Source: Candidatus Flemingiibacterium sp. (GTDB taxonomy: Bacteria > Bacillota > Clostridia > Oscillospirales > CAG-272). Taken from it: a DNA stretch of 64,000 nt. Where the stretch lies: the NCBI GenBank assembly GCA_045644145.1, contig JAZRGK010000025.1, positions 11,853 through 75,852 on the forward strand, in the 5' to 3' direction. Every line of letters begins with the position of its first letter. Position 1 is the stretch's first letter. Shown here one piece after another: positions 44,209 through 53,645 of this stretch. The notes under the pieces are model-generated. The model was given only the letters and a program-made list of their open reading frames with translations, was not told where the DNA came from and ran no database searches. Position numbers and translations under genes: made by a program.

Positions 44209-45117
44209 ATGGTTTCTTATGAAATTGCAGAGAATATAACAGAATTTCAAGCAGGCGGAGTTGCCGCGGTGCGTGTTGACGGGCTTGTAAACTTCAAAAT
44301 ATGGCAGATATTCGACTGCGGTCAGTGCTTCCGCTTTGATCACGTTTATAACCCCACGCACAAATGGGAGTTTGAAGGCGTGGCTTTTGGGCGCTATATA
44401 CGCCTTGGGCAGGATGCTGACGATTCGCTTGTCATATATAACACCACTGCCGATGAATATGAGCGCATATGGAAGCATTATCTTGCGCTTGATGTTGACT
44501 ACAGCGATGTGCGGAGAGATATTGCGGCACGTTTTGCGGAAGCCGCAGGCGGCAAGGACGAAATAATGGAAAAGGCTATGGCTTACGGTGACGGCATCCG
44601 CATACTAAAGCAAGACCCATGGGAAGCAGTTTGCTCATTTATTGTTTCCCAGAACAACAATATACCGCGTATCAAAAAAATTATTGCCGCTATGTCAAAG
44701 GCGTACGGTGAGCCGATCATATTCGGAGAAAAAACGTATTACGCATTTCCAACGGCAGAAGCTCTTGCTGATGCTGGTGAAGCGGCAATATTCGAACTCC
44801 GAACGGGATTCAGAGCGAAATACATACACGACGCGGCGAAAAAAGCCGCGAGCGGTGAGCTTGATTACGAAGCTATAATTGCCGCTGATCCGCAGCGTGC
44901 CGAGGAACTGCTTTGTGCTATCAAGGGGGTAGGTCCCAAGGTCGCAGCGTGCGCCATGCTGTTCGGATTCGGCAAAACGGAAGCGTTTCCCATAGATGTA
45001 TGGATAAAGCGCGTGCTCACCAAGTATTATCCGGGCGGTCTTGATGTTACAGCGCTGGGGAAATACGCGGGAATCGCCCAACAGTACCTTTTTTACTATG
45101 AACGATATAATGCCTGA
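44209..45117 (+). CDS. ogg: 8-oxoguanine DNA glycosylase / HhH-GPD family glycosylase (OGG-type N-terminal domain)
   Basis: The ATG at 44209 follows ACGGAGA. It has an OGG_N-like FKIWQIFDCGQCFRF, the HhH-GPD motif IKGVGPKVAACAMLFGFGKTEAFPIDVWIKR and a catalytic Lys/Asp context. Confidence 0.82.
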   Translation: MVSYEIAENITEFQAGGVAAVRVDGLVNFKIWQIFDCGQCFRFDHVYNPTHKWEFEGVAFGRYIRLGQDADDSLVIYNTTADEYERIWKHYLALDVDYSDVRRDIAARFAEAAGGKDEIMEKAMAYGDGIRILKQDPWEAVCSFIVSQNNNIPRIKKIIAAMSKAYGEPIIFGEKTYYAFPTAEALADAGEAAIFELRTGFRAKYIHDAAKKAASGELDYEAIIAADPQRAEELLCAIKGVGPKVAACAMLFGFGKTEAFPIDVWIKRVLTKYYPGGLDVTALGKYAGIAQQYLFYYERYNA

Positions 45118-45209
45118 TGCCTAATTTTGAAAATTTCTATAAAAAGCTGCACGCTATATGTTACTTTTAAAGGCAATGTTACAAATTTTATAAAATTTTC
45201 CGAAACCTC

Positions 45210-45238
45210 TTGTAATAAAGGGGAAAATGCGGTAAAAT
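45210..45238 (+). promoter_or_regulatory. candidate promoter of gap
   Basis: TTGTAA-17 nt-TAAAAT, about 100 nt upstream of ATG 45342. Confidence 0.45.
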
Positions 45239-45266
45239 ATATAAGTACGGATATGTCTTGCGATAA

Positions 45267-45284
45267 ATGTTAAATATTTAACGC
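45267..45284 (+). promoter_or_regulatory. Rex-like palindromic operator in the gap leader
   Basis: The site aTGTTAAatatTTAACgc compares with the clostridial Rex consensus TTGTTAAnnnnTTAACAA, matching 11 of 14 specified positions. It lies between the candidate -10 and the SD. Confidence 0.4.
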
Positions 45285-45341
45285 GCCATATCTACGCAAA
45301 TAAGTCAAAAAAATTTTTATATAATTTTGGAGGAATTTAAA

Positions 45342-46358
45342 ATGTCTGTTAAAGTTGCTATTAACGGCTTTGGCCGTATCGGCCGTCTGGCTTTCCGTCA
45401 GATGTTCGGTGCAGAGGGTTATGAAGTAGTTGCTATCAACGACCTCACCAGCCCCAAGATGCTCGCTCACCTTCTCAAGTACGACACCGCTCAGGGTCGC
45501 TACGAGCATGAAGTTTCCGCTGACGATGAGGCAGGTACCATCACTGTTGACGGTAAGACCCTCAAGATCTACGCTGAAAAGGACGCTGCTAACTGCCCTT
45601 GGGGACAGCTTGGCGTTGACGTTGTTCTCGTGTGCACCGGTTTCTACTGCTCCAAGGACAAGTCCATGGCTCACATCACCGCAGGCGCAAAGAAGGTTGT
45701 TATCTCTGCTCCCGCAGGCAACGACCTCAAGACCATCGTATTCAATGTAAACCACGACACTCTTACCGCTGATGACCAGATCATCTCTGCAGCTTCCTGC
45801 ACCACCAACTGCCTCGCTCCTATGGCTAAGGCTCTTAACGATGCATACGCTATTCAGTCCGGTATCATGACCACCGTTCATGCATACACCGGCGACCAGA
45901 TGATCCTTGACGGTCCTCACAGAAAGGGTGATCTCCGCCGTGCAAGAGCTGGCGCACAGAACATCGTTCCCAACTCCACCGGTGCTGCTAAGGCTATCGG
46001 TCTTGTAATTCCCGAGCTCAACGGCAAGCTCATCGGTGCTGCTCAGCGTGTTCCTACCTGCACCGGTTCCACCACCATCCTTATCGCAGTTGTTAAGGGT
46101 AAGGACGTAACCAAGGACAGCATCAATGCTGCTATGAAGGCTGCTGCTACCGAGTCCTTCGGCTACAACACCGACGAGATCGTATCCTCCGACGTTATCG
46201 GTATGCGTTACGGCTCTCTCTTCGATGCAACTCAGACCATGGTTGCTAAGATCGACGACGACACCTATCAGGTACAGGTTGTTTCTTGGTACGACAACGA
46301 GAACTCCTACACCAGCCAGATGGTTCGTACTATTAAGTACTTTGCAGAGCTTGCATAA
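45342..46358 (+). CDS. gap: type I glyceraldehyde-3-phosphate dehydrogenase
   Basis: The ATG at 45342 follows a TGGAGGAA SD. It has INGFGRIGR, the active site [10 protein letters not shown] and WYDNE. Highly biased codon usage is consistent with high expression. Confidence 0.97.
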   Translation: MSVKVAINGFGRIGRLAFRQMFGAEGYEVVAINDLTSPKMLAHLLKYDTAQGRYEHEVSADDEAGTITVDGKTLKIYAEKDAANCPWGQLGVDVVLVCTGFYCSKDKSMAHITAGAKKVVISAPAGNDLKTIVFNVNHDTLTADDQIISAASCTTNCLAPMAKALNDAYAIQSGIMTTVHAYTGDQMILDGPHRKGDLRRARAGAQNIVPNSTGAAKAIGLVIPELNGKLIGAAQRVPTCTGSTTILIAVVKGKDVTKDSINAAMKAAATESFGYNTDEIVSSDVIGMRYGSLFDATQTMVAKIDDDTYQVQVVSWYDNENSYTSQMVRTIKYFAELA

Positions 46359-46412
46359 GCAAGTTTCTGTTGCAGAACCTTGCGTAAGCGGGGCTTATGA
46401 CAGAACAAAAAC

Positions 46413-46452
46413 GAACGGTGCATTTCGATGCACCGTTCATTTTTTCTTTTTG
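46413..46452. terminator. bidirectional rho-independent terminator (gap / convergent lipoprotein gene)
   Basis: Stem gaacggtgcat-ttcg-atgcaccgttc, with TTTTTTCTTTTT on the plus strand and GTTTTTGTT on the minus strand. Confidence 0.85.
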
Positions 46453-46478
46453 AATTGTTTCTTAGTTAAGCTTATGCA

Positions 46479-47948
46479 TTATGTGTATTTTCTTGCCTCA
46501 TAGTCTTCGATAAGCTCCTGAAGTTTTGCATAAGCAACGTCCTCAAGTCTGGCATATACAGAAGCAAAGACATTTCCGCCGGCGCTGAATACTCTACTGA
46601 ATATCTCGTTCATGCCGCCAAGAGGATTGGCGAAAAGGAAGTCGGTATCTCTGCCGTTCATTACGATATCGATCATTTCCATGGAAGCATCGTCACGAGT
46701 CAGTCTATTCTTCAGAGTGGATTCATAGTAAGCGGGAGTTGTGTACTTGCGGCTGTAGTATGCGAGAGCCTCTGCAGCGGCGGATACAAATACAGGGTCG
46801 GTTACGGTTATCGGAACTGCGCCCCACTGCACGTTCTGCTCGGATATAGAATGATATGCGTCGATGCTTTCATCATACTTGGGCATAGGAAGAATACCGT
46901 AGTCGTCTTGCATGTTAGTAAGCTCTTCCCAAGCGGCGGTGAAGAAACGCTGCACAAGGAACAAAGACGTGCCGTTACCAAACTTAGCAACGTGACCGTG
47001 GTTATCTTTGTGAGAGTATACGCTCTCATTCTTTACGAGAAGCGCAAGGAGCTTATCAACGAGATCCACCGTGGTTTCGTTATTGAGAATAAGCTCGGGA
47101 TAACCCTCCTCGTTACGGGCGGTGAACTTAAGACCGGAGGAGTATGCCATCCAGTTCACAGCATTGTATCCGCAAATAACAAGTCCGTGGATATCTTCTT
47201 CGTCGTTCTTAGTGTCACCGTCATCAACATAAACCTGATTTACAAGCTCGGTCATTTTATCGATGGTCCATTTGCCGTCGCGAACAATCTGATACAGATC
47301 ATCAGGCTTCATTTGAAGTCTTTCTTCAAGCATGTTAAGGTTTACAAAAACGCAGCAGGTACGTTCAAGCTGATTATATGTGATATCTCCGAATAGTATA
47401 TACTGCTCATCCGGATGGAGGGATACGGAATCAATATATTGCTTGTTCCACCAAGGATTTTCAATATCTATGTAAGGAAGATCAGAGATGGGCAGATAAA
47501 GTCCTTCATTAACAAGGTTTACCTGATATTGAGACAGCGCGAATACCATCTGGAAATCGTCCTCGCCGGAACCGATGGACTGACGAGCCATTGATACAAC
47601 CTCGTCGTGTTTGAGGACATCAAGGAACGTAAACTCAAATTCGAGTCTGTCCTCAACCGCTTTTCTGCGATCATACATTGCCTTGCCGAAAACGCTAATA
47701 TCATCGCTTAACTCATCGGGGCCGTGAAGAGTTCCCTCTGCTGTAAGGACAGTTATGGTGTCGTAATGGGTGTCAATTGAATCGGGCAATTCAAGAGTTG
47801 CTTCGCCGGGAGCGACATCGGCAGTATCAGCCACAGATGCCGCAGTGTCTTCACCCGGAGTCTTGTCTTTGTCGCCGCAAGATGTTGCTGTCATTGTCAA
47901 CGCCATGGCAAGAACCAGCAACAGGGAGATTTTGCGTAAATGTTTCAT
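46479..47948 (-). CDS. extracellular solute-binding lipoprotein (ABC-type family 1-like), orphan
   Basis: 489 aa with an AAGGAGGAA SD and a signal peptide with Cys (LAMALTMTATSCGD). Its size and motifs (ENPWWNKQY, YGILPMPKY) resemble large sugar-binding SBPs. No permease or ATPase gene is nearby. Confidence 0.65.
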   Translation of the reverse strand: MKHLRKISLLLVLAMALTMTATSCGDKDKTPGEDTAASVADTADVAPGEATLELPDSIDTHYDTITVLTAEGTLHGPDELSDDISVFGKAMYDRRKAVEDRLEFEFTFLDVLKHDEVVSMARQSIGSGEDDFQMVFALSQYQVNLVNEGLYLPISDLPYIDIENPWWNKQYIDSVSLHPDEQYILFGDITYNQLERTCCVFVNLNMLEERLQMKPDDLYQIVRDGKWTIDKMTELVNQVYVDDGDTKNDEEDIHGLVICGYNAVNWMAYSSGLKFTARNEEGYPELILNNETTVDLVDKLLALLVKNESVYSHKDNHGHVAKFGNGTSLFLVQRFFTAAWEELTNMQDDYGILPMPKYDESIDAYHSISEQNVQWGAVPITVTDPVFVSAAAEALAYYSRKYTTPAYYESTLKNRLTRDDASMEMIDIVMNGRDTDFLFANPLGGMNEIFSRVFSAGGNVFASVYARLEDVAYAKLQELIEDYEARKYT

Positions 47949-48243
47949 AAGTTTCCTCCTTAGAAACCGTACTTTTTGGCAGAAACGCCATCACGCTTAT
48001 TTTAGCATATAATTATCATGTTGTCAACAAATTACCGCAAAATAGTACTCTCGGCGTTTTTTACAAAATTGTTTGTGCATAAAGCACAAGCGGATTTTCC
48101 GACAATGTGATCAAGCCAGCATTTTCAGTATATATTAGACTGATGGCACTGCCTTCCCCCTGAATTTTTCGTCCCGCTCCGGAATCGTATAACTTATACT
48201 GGTATAGAATTCAAGAAAATTTTGAAAAATTTCTAAAAAGGGG

Positions 48244-48272
48244 TTGCATTTTCTAAAAAGTTGTGATATACT
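48244..48272 (+). promoter_or_regulatory. sigma-A promoter of the rimP-nusA-infB operon
   Basis: TTGCAT-17 nt-TATACT with a TG extension (TGTGATATACT). Confidence 0.6.
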
Positions 48273-48357
48273 GTTACTGTAAGTTGAGATATTGAATAGA
48301 AGGAGAGTGGGCTGAAAAGTCCACTCTTAATTTATGCAAAGTATTGGAGAGGAAACA

Positions 48358-48840
48358 TTGAAACCAAAAAAACCGGCAAAAAACATTGTGGGGACGGTCA
48401 CCGAGGCTTTAAAACCGGTGATCAATGAGCTTGGCTACTCGGTGTGGGACATCGAATATGTCAAGGAGGGTGCGGATTATTTCCTGCGCTTTACCATTGA
48501 CCGCAAGGAGGGTGTTAATATCGAGGATTGCGAAAAGGTGCACCGAGCTATTGATCCACTGCTTGATGAGCTTGATCCCATTGAAGATGCCTATCACCTT
48601 GAGGTATCTTCCCCGGGCATAGAGCGTGATATCAAATACGATTGGCACTATGAGGTGCTCATCGGGGAAAAGGTTGAGCTTCGCCTTTTTGCTCCCCTTG
48701 AAGCTTACCCGGGACAGAAAGTGTTTGTGGGTATCCTTAAATCCTACAGTGAGGGCAATATCGTCCTCGACATTGACGGTGCGGAGTATACCGTACCTCA
48801 TGCGTCCGTATCCAAAGCACGAACAGTGTTCGATTTCTAA
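48358..48840 (+). CDS. rimP: ribosome maturation factor RimP
   Basis: The TTG at 48358 follows a TGGAGAGG SD, whereas the track ATG at 48334 has no SD. The sequence is ...LGYSVWDIEYVKEGADYFLRFTID...YHLEVSSPGIER. Confidence 0.88.
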   Translation: MKPKKPAKNIVGTVTEALKPVINELGYSVWDIEYVKEGADYFLRFTIDRKEGVNIEDCEKVHRAIDPLLDELDPIEDAYHLEVSSPGIERDIKYDWHYEVLIGEKVELRLFAPLEAYPGQKVFVGILKSYSEGNIVLDIDGAEYTVPHASVSKARTVFDF

Positions 48841-48874
48841 AAAGTAATATTCAGAAAGGTTTGGTTAGAGAAAA

Positions 48875-49981
48875 ATGAATTCCGAATTGTTTGACGCCCT
48901 TGAACTTCTCGAAAAGGAAAAAGGTATTTCCCAGGACTATATGCTCGAGCGTGTTGAAGCAGCTCTCATCAGCGCATACAAGCGTGACCGCAACGGTCTT
49001 GCGAATGTACGCGTGGAGATAAACAAAGACAAAAAGAGCATCCGTATGTTTGAACAGAAAAACATCGTTGAGGAGGTTCTTGATCCCGAACAGGAAATCA
49101 CCCTTGAGGAAGCACGCGCCGTAAATAAGAAGTATTCTCTCGGCGGTGTATGCGAAACCGAGCTTAAGCCTAAGAATTTCCGCCGTCTTTCGGCTCAGAC
49201 CGCAAAGCAGGTGATCATTCAGGGAATCCGCGAAGCTGAACGCTCCATGATGATAAAGGAGTACGAATCCAAGAAAGAGGAGATCATCACAGCTATTGTT
49301 GATAAGGTGGATCCCGAAAACGAGGACGTACTGGTAGATACCGGAACAAGCAAGGTATACCTCAAGAAGCAAGAGCAGATCCCCGGCGAGCATTTTGGCG
49401 TGGGCGACCGCATCAAGGTGTTCGTTACCGAGGTAATGAAGGAAACACTCCGCGGACCGCTGGTATCCCTTTCCCGTACCGCTCCCGGGCTTGTAAAGCG
49501 TCTTTTTGAGCTTGAAATTCCCGAAATTCAGGACGCAACGCTGCTTATTATGTCGATAACCCGTGAGGCAGGCTCCAGAACAAAGATGGCTGTAATGAGC
49601 CGTGATCCTAACGTAGATCCCATCGGTGCCTGCATCGGTAACCGCGGTATGCGTATCCAGAGCATTGTAAATGAGCTTCGCGGAGAAAAGATCGATATCA
49701 TCAAGTACAGCGAGGATCCTACCGAGTATATCAGTGCGGCGCTTTCTCCCGCAGTTGTCAAGGAAGTGGTTCTCGATTCCGAAAAATCCTGCCGCGTAGT
49801 GGTGGAAGCGGATCAGCTCTCCCTTGCTATTGGTAAGGAAGGACAGAATGCCCGTCTTGCCGCCCGTCTTACCGGCTTCAAGATTGATATAAAGACAAAG
49901 AGCGCTCTTGATGAAGAGGAAGCCGCAAAGAAAGCATTTATAGATGCGGCTGACAATTCCGGCGCAGACAGCGAAATCTGA
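48875..49981 (+). CDS. nusA: transcription termination/antitermination factor NusA
   Basis: 368 aa with NTD, S1 and two KH domains (LAIGKEGQNARLAARLTG). No C-terminal AR repeats, as is typical of Firmicutes. Confidence 0.96.
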   Translation: MNSELFDALELLEKEKGISQDYMLERVEAALISAYKRDRNGLANVRVEINKDKKSIRMFEQKNIVEEVLDPEQEITLEEARAVNKKYSLGGVCETELKPKNFRRLSAQTAKQVIIQGIREAERSMMIKEYESKKEEIITAIVDKVDPENEDVLVDTGTSKVYLKKQEQIPGEHFGVGDRIKVFVTEVMKETLRGPLVSLSRTAPGLVKRLFELEIPEIQDATLLIMSITREAGSRTKMAVMSRDPNVDPIGACIGNRGMRIQSIVNELRGEKIDIIKYSEDPTEYISAALSPAVVKEVVLDSEKSCRVVVEADQLSLAIGKEGQNARLAARLTGFKIDIKTKSALDEEEAAKKAFIDAADNSGADSEI

Positions 49982-50085
49982 CCATGCGCATAAAGGCATA
50001 CAAAGATACAAAATAACGGCTCCGGTACTAAGCCAGATATCAATGTGTATCGGAACCTAACATAAATACGGGAGGAAATCGTATT

Positions 50086-50376
50086 TTGCAGGAAACAGAT
50101 AAGGCTAAGCCAAAAAAAAGGATTCCCGAGCGCAAATGTCTCGGATGCGGTATCTCAAAGCCAAAGATAGAGCTTGCCAGGGTGGTTCGCGCCCCGGATG
50201 GCAGCGTATCTCTTGATCTTACCGGCAAGAAATCGGGACGCGGTGCATATGTGTGCAAAAGTGCCGCCTGCCTTAAGAAATGCATAAAGCGCAGATCTAT
50301 TGAGCGAAATCTTGAGGTGGAGATCTCCGAGGATGTCTATGCCGCAATAGAAAAGGAGCTTGCCGATAATGAATAA
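50086..50376 (+). CDS. ylxR: YlxR/DUF448 RNA-binding protein
   Basis: The TTG start follows a GGAGGA SD. It has RKCLGCG...GRGAYVC motifs and the conserved position after nusA. Confidence 0.88.
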   Translation: MQETDKAKPKKRIPERKCLGCGISKPKIELARVVRAPDGSVSLDLTGKKSGRGAYVCKSAACLKKCIKRRSIERNLEVEISEDVYAAIEKELADNE

Positions 50377-50731
50377 CGAAGGCAATACCGTACATGCGGT
50401 GCCGGCAGAAAAAGCCGGAAAGCTTCTCGGGCTTTTGGGGTTTGCGGCGCGTGCGCGAAAGATCGTGTGCGGCACGGACCTTTGCCGTGATGAAATACGG
50501 CGCGGAAGGCTTCCTCTCGTCATGGTAGCTTCCGATGCATCGGATAATACAAAGAAGCGCATTTCCGATGCCTGCAAATATTACGAAGCGGAGTTGTGTC
50601 TTATACCGGTTACAGCAAGTGAGCTGTCATCGCGTATAGGCAAAACCGCCTCTATTGCCGTTGTCGGTGTCACCGATATGAACTTTGTAAACGGCATATC
50701 CGCCCTTTATGATAACGATACATTGATATAA
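50369..50731 (+). CDS. ylxQ: L7Ae-family RNA-binding protein YlxQ
   Basis: The ATG at 50369 overlaps the ylxR end by 8 nt. The sequence is LLGFAARARKIVCG...LVMVASDASDNTKK. Confidence 0.85.
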   Translation: MNNEGNTVHAVPAEKAGKLLGLLGFAARARKIVCGTDLCRDEIRRGRLPLVMVASDASDNTKKRISDACKYYEAELCLIPVTASELSSRIGKTASIAVVGVTDMNFVNGISALYDNDTLI

Positions 50732-50758
50732 CCGTACCGAAAGGATGATTGATAGAAT

Positions 50759-53560
50759 ATGGCAGAAACCAAGAAGAACCAGACTAAAATAAGTGCACTT
50801 GCAAAGGACCTCGGCATTAAAAGCAAGGAATTAACAGATGTTCTTGCGGCAAACGGCATTGAGGGAAAATCCTCTTCCGCATCTCTTGATCCCGAGGAAT
50901 TCAACCTTATCATGAGCACCCTTACAGAGCGTGCGCAGGTGGATAATATCGGTGACTATCTCGACGGAAAAACGAAGATTGTTACCGAAGCCCCCAAGAA
51001 AGAAACACCTAAGGCTGAAGAGCCCAAGAAAGAGCTTGCGCCCAAAACCGAAGAACCAAAAAAAGAATCACCCAAGCCCGAAGAATCCAAGAAGGAAGCA
51101 CCAAAGGCAGACGCGCCCAAAAAAGAGACTCCGAAGGCAGATCAGCCTAAGCGAGATGCGGACAATCGCGACATTGCACGTTCTCAGAGCGTACAGAACC
51201 GCGACAATCGCGACGGCGCACGTCCTCAAGGCAGCTTCCAGAACCGCGATAATCGCGACGGCGCACGTCCTCAGAACTTCCAGAACCGCGATAATCGCGA
51301 CGGTGCACGTCCTCAGGGCTTCCAGAACCGCGACAATCGCGACGGCGTACGTCCCCAGGGCGGCTTCCAGCCTCGCGACAACCGCGACGGCGCACGTCCT
51401 CAGGGCGGCTTCCAGCCTCGCGACAACCGTGACGGCGCACGTCCCCAGAACTTCCAGCCTCGTGATAACCGTGGACAGGGCGGATTTGGCGGCGGATTCA
51501 AAGACAAGGATTCCGGCAACGAGCGCAGAAGCAATAAGAACCGTGAACCGGTACACACCTATACACGCGGTCAGAATGCAGGCAAGAATACGGGTGAAAG
51601 CCGCATAGTTGATATGCGCACCAGTACCGTTGACCTTGGTAAGTATGATGAGCGTCTTGAAAATCTCGCTTCCGAAACCGGAAGAAACGAGCGTGCTGAA
51701 AAGCAGAAATTAAAGAAGCAGAACAACCGTGACGGGCACAGCCAGCGTGAAAAAGAGCGCATGGCTATGGAAAAGCTTCGCAAGCAGGGCATCGAAAAGG
51801 CTAAAAAGCAGCCCCTTCAGATCACCGTTCCCGACGAGATTTCCGTTGGTGAGCTTGCTTCCCGTCTTAAGGTAACCGCCGCTGAGGTTATTAAGCGCCT
51901 TATGCTCCTTGGCGTAATGGCTACCGTTAACGAAATTATAGATTACGATACCGCATATCTTGTTGCCGATGAGCTTGGCGCAAAGGTTACAAAGGAAGTG
52001 GTTATCACTATCGAGGAAAGACTTTTCGACGAAGCAGAGGACAAAGACGAGGATCTTCTTCCCAGAAGCCCCGTTGTCTGCGTAATGGGCCACGTTGACC
52101 ACGGTAAGACATCGCTCCTTGACGCTATCCGTCATACCAACGTAACCTCCGGCGAGGCAGGCGGTATTACTCAGGCTATCGGTGCATACCGCGTGCGTCT
52201 TAACGACCGCGATATCACATTCCTTGATACCCCCGGCCACGAAGCCTTCACCTCTATGCGTGCACGCGGTGCAAAGTCCACCGATATCGCGATTCTCGTT
52301 GTAGCGGCGGACGACGGTATCATGCCACAGACCGTTGAGGCTATCAACCATGCAAAAGCGGCAGGTATTGATATAGTTGTAGCAATAAATAAGATGGATA
52401 AGCCCGAGGCTAACCCCGATGTGGTTAAGCAGGAGCTTACAAAATACGAGCTTGTGCCCGAGGAGTGGGGCGGTGACGTTATCTGCGTTCCCGTGTCTGC
52501 GCTTACCGGCATGGGTATCGACGATCTTCTCGAAAATCTCCTTCTTGTTGCGGATATGAAGGAGCTTAAGGCTAACCCTAATCGCCGCGCGAAAGGTCTT
52601 GTGCTTGAAGCAAAGCTTGATAAGGGCCGCGGCCCTGTTGCTACCGTGCTGGTACAGAACGGTACCCTCAACGCAGGCGATATCGTTATCGCAGGTACTG
52701 CGGTGGGTCGTGTCCGCGCAATGACCGACGACAAGGGCAGAACGGTCAAGACCGCAGGCCCATCCGTTCCCGTTGAGATCATCGGTCTTTCCGAGGTTCC
52801 CGAATCCGGTGACGAGTTTGCAGCTGTAGAAGACGAGCGCATGGCACGCGAGCTTGCGGAGCAGCGCCGCGAAAAGGCTAAGAACGAGCAGTTCAAGGCT
52901 AACGCAAAAGTAAACCTCAACGATCTGTTCGCACAGATCTCCGAGGGCGTAAAAGACCTCAATATCATTGTAAAAGCAGACGTTGGCGGATCTGCCGAGG
53001 CTGTTAAGCAGTCCCTTCAGAAGCTCTCCAACGAGGAAGTCCGCGTAAACATCATTCACACCGCTGTCGGCGGTATTACCGAGGGCGACGTAATGCTTGC
53101 GGCGGCATCCAATGCGCTGATCGTAGGCTTCAACGTGCGTCCCGACAAGTCTGCTATTGACAAGGCGGAGCGCGAAACCGTTGAGATCCGCACATATCGC
53201 ATCATCTACGAGTGCATCGAGGAAGTTGAAGCGGCTATGAAGGGTATGCTTGCTCCCAAGTTTAAGGAAGTGGTTCTCGGCCATGCCCAGGTTCGTCAGA
53301 CCATCCACGTTCCCTCTGTTGGTACTATTGCAGGTTCTTATGTTCAGGACGGTAAGGTATCGAGAAACGCTCAGATCCGCGTAGTACGTGACGGCGTTGT
53401 GATCTTCGAGGATAAGATATCCTCTCTTAAGAGATTCAAGGACGATGCCAAGGAGGTTGCTCAGGGTTATGAGTGCGGTATCGGTCTTGAACGCTTCAAC
53501 GACATTAAGGAAGGCGACATTCTCGAAGCCTTCATTATGGAAGAAGTTAAGGCTCAGTAA
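50759..53560 (+). CDS. infB: translation initiation factor IF-2
   Basis: 933 aa with G-domain motifs [14 protein letters not shown] and NKMD, and a long repetitive N-terminal region. Confidence 0.97.
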   Translation: MAETKKNQTKISALAKDLGIKSKELTDVLAANGIEGKSSSASLDPEEFNLIMSTLTERAQVDNIGDYLDGKTKIVTEAPKKETPKAEEPKKELAPKTEEPKKESPKPEESKKEAPKADAPKKETPKADQPKRDADNRDIARSQSVQNRDNRDGARPQGSFQNRDNRDGARPQNFQNRDNRDGARPQGFQNRDNRDGVRPQGGFQPRDNRDGARPQGGFQPRDNRDGARPQNFQPRDNRGQGGFGGGFKDKDSGNERRSNKNREPVHTYTRGQNAGKNTGESRIVDMRTSTVDLGKYDERLENLASETGRNERAEKQKLKKQNNRDGHSQREKERMAMEKLRKQGIEKAKKQPLQITVPDEISVGELASRLKVTAAEVIKRLMLLGVMATVNEIIDYDTAYLVADELGAKVTKEVVITIEERLFDEAEDKDEDLLPRSPVVCVMGHVDHGKTSLLDAIRHTNVTSGEAGGITQAIGAYRVRLNDRDITFLDTPGHEAFTSMRARGAKSTDIAILVVAADDGIMPQTVEAINHAKAAGIDIVVAINKMDKPEANPDVVKQELTKYELVPEEWGGDVICVPVSALTGMGIDDLLENLLLVADMKELKANPNRRAKGLVLEAKLDKGRGPVATVLVQNGTLNAGDIVIAGTAVGRVRAMTDDKGRTVKTAGPSVPVEIIGLSEVPESGDEFAAVEDERMARELAEQRREKAKNEQFKANAKVNLNDLFAQISEGVKDLNIIVKADVGGSAEAVKQSLQKLSNEEVRVNIIHTAVGGITEGDVMLAAASNALIVGFNVRPDKSAIDKAERETVEIRTYRIIYECIEEVEAAMKGMLAPKFKEVVLGHAQVRQTIHVPSVGTIAGSYVQDGKVSRNAQIRVVRDGVVIFEDKISSLKRFKDDAKEVAQGYECGIGLERFNDIKEGDILEAFIMEEVKAQ
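51194..51475 (+). repeat. in-frame tandem repeat (about 6.5 copies of 42-45 nt) inside infB
   Basis: The units cagaaccgcgayaatcgcgacggygcacgtcctcagrrc(ggc)ttc encode Q(N/P)[10 protein letters not shown](G/N)(G)F. They are contiguous with no spacers. Confidence 0.9.
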
Positions 53561-53563
53561 GAT

Positions 53564-53608
53564 AAAATCAAACGGAGCTTCGCTTTTCGCGAAGCTCCGT
53601 TTGATTTT
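53564..53608. terminator. perfect 20-bp hairpin after infB, shared with the convergent transporter gene
   Basis: Stem aaaatcaaacggagcttcgc-ttttc-gcgaagctccgtttgatttt. T-runs follow on both strands. Confidence 0.85.
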
Positions 53609-53610
53609 GG

Positions 53611-53636
53611 CGGCTTTCAAGCCGTTTTTTGTTTTG
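53611..53636 (+). terminator. second small terminator hairpin
   Basis: Stem cggct-ttca-agccg followed by TTTTTTGTTTTG. Confidence 0.5.
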
Positions 53637-53645
53637 CCATAAAGT

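Noticed and set aside
41541-45117. Possible tRNA-targeted genomic island downstream of tRNA-Val (pdxK, RHH, SLOG, Cys-module protein, ogg).
   Set aside because: No integrase, recombinase or transposase is present. I found no direct repeat of the tRNA-Val 3' end by eye. pdxK and ogg are ordinary chromosomal genes. Only the RHH/SLOG pair looks accessory, and it is reported separately with moderate interest.
51194-51475. Regular 42-45-nt repeats, considered as a possible CRISPR-like array or satellite.
   Set aside because: The repeats are directly contiguous with no spacers, are in frame within infB, and encode a coherent peptide repeat. No cas genes are present.
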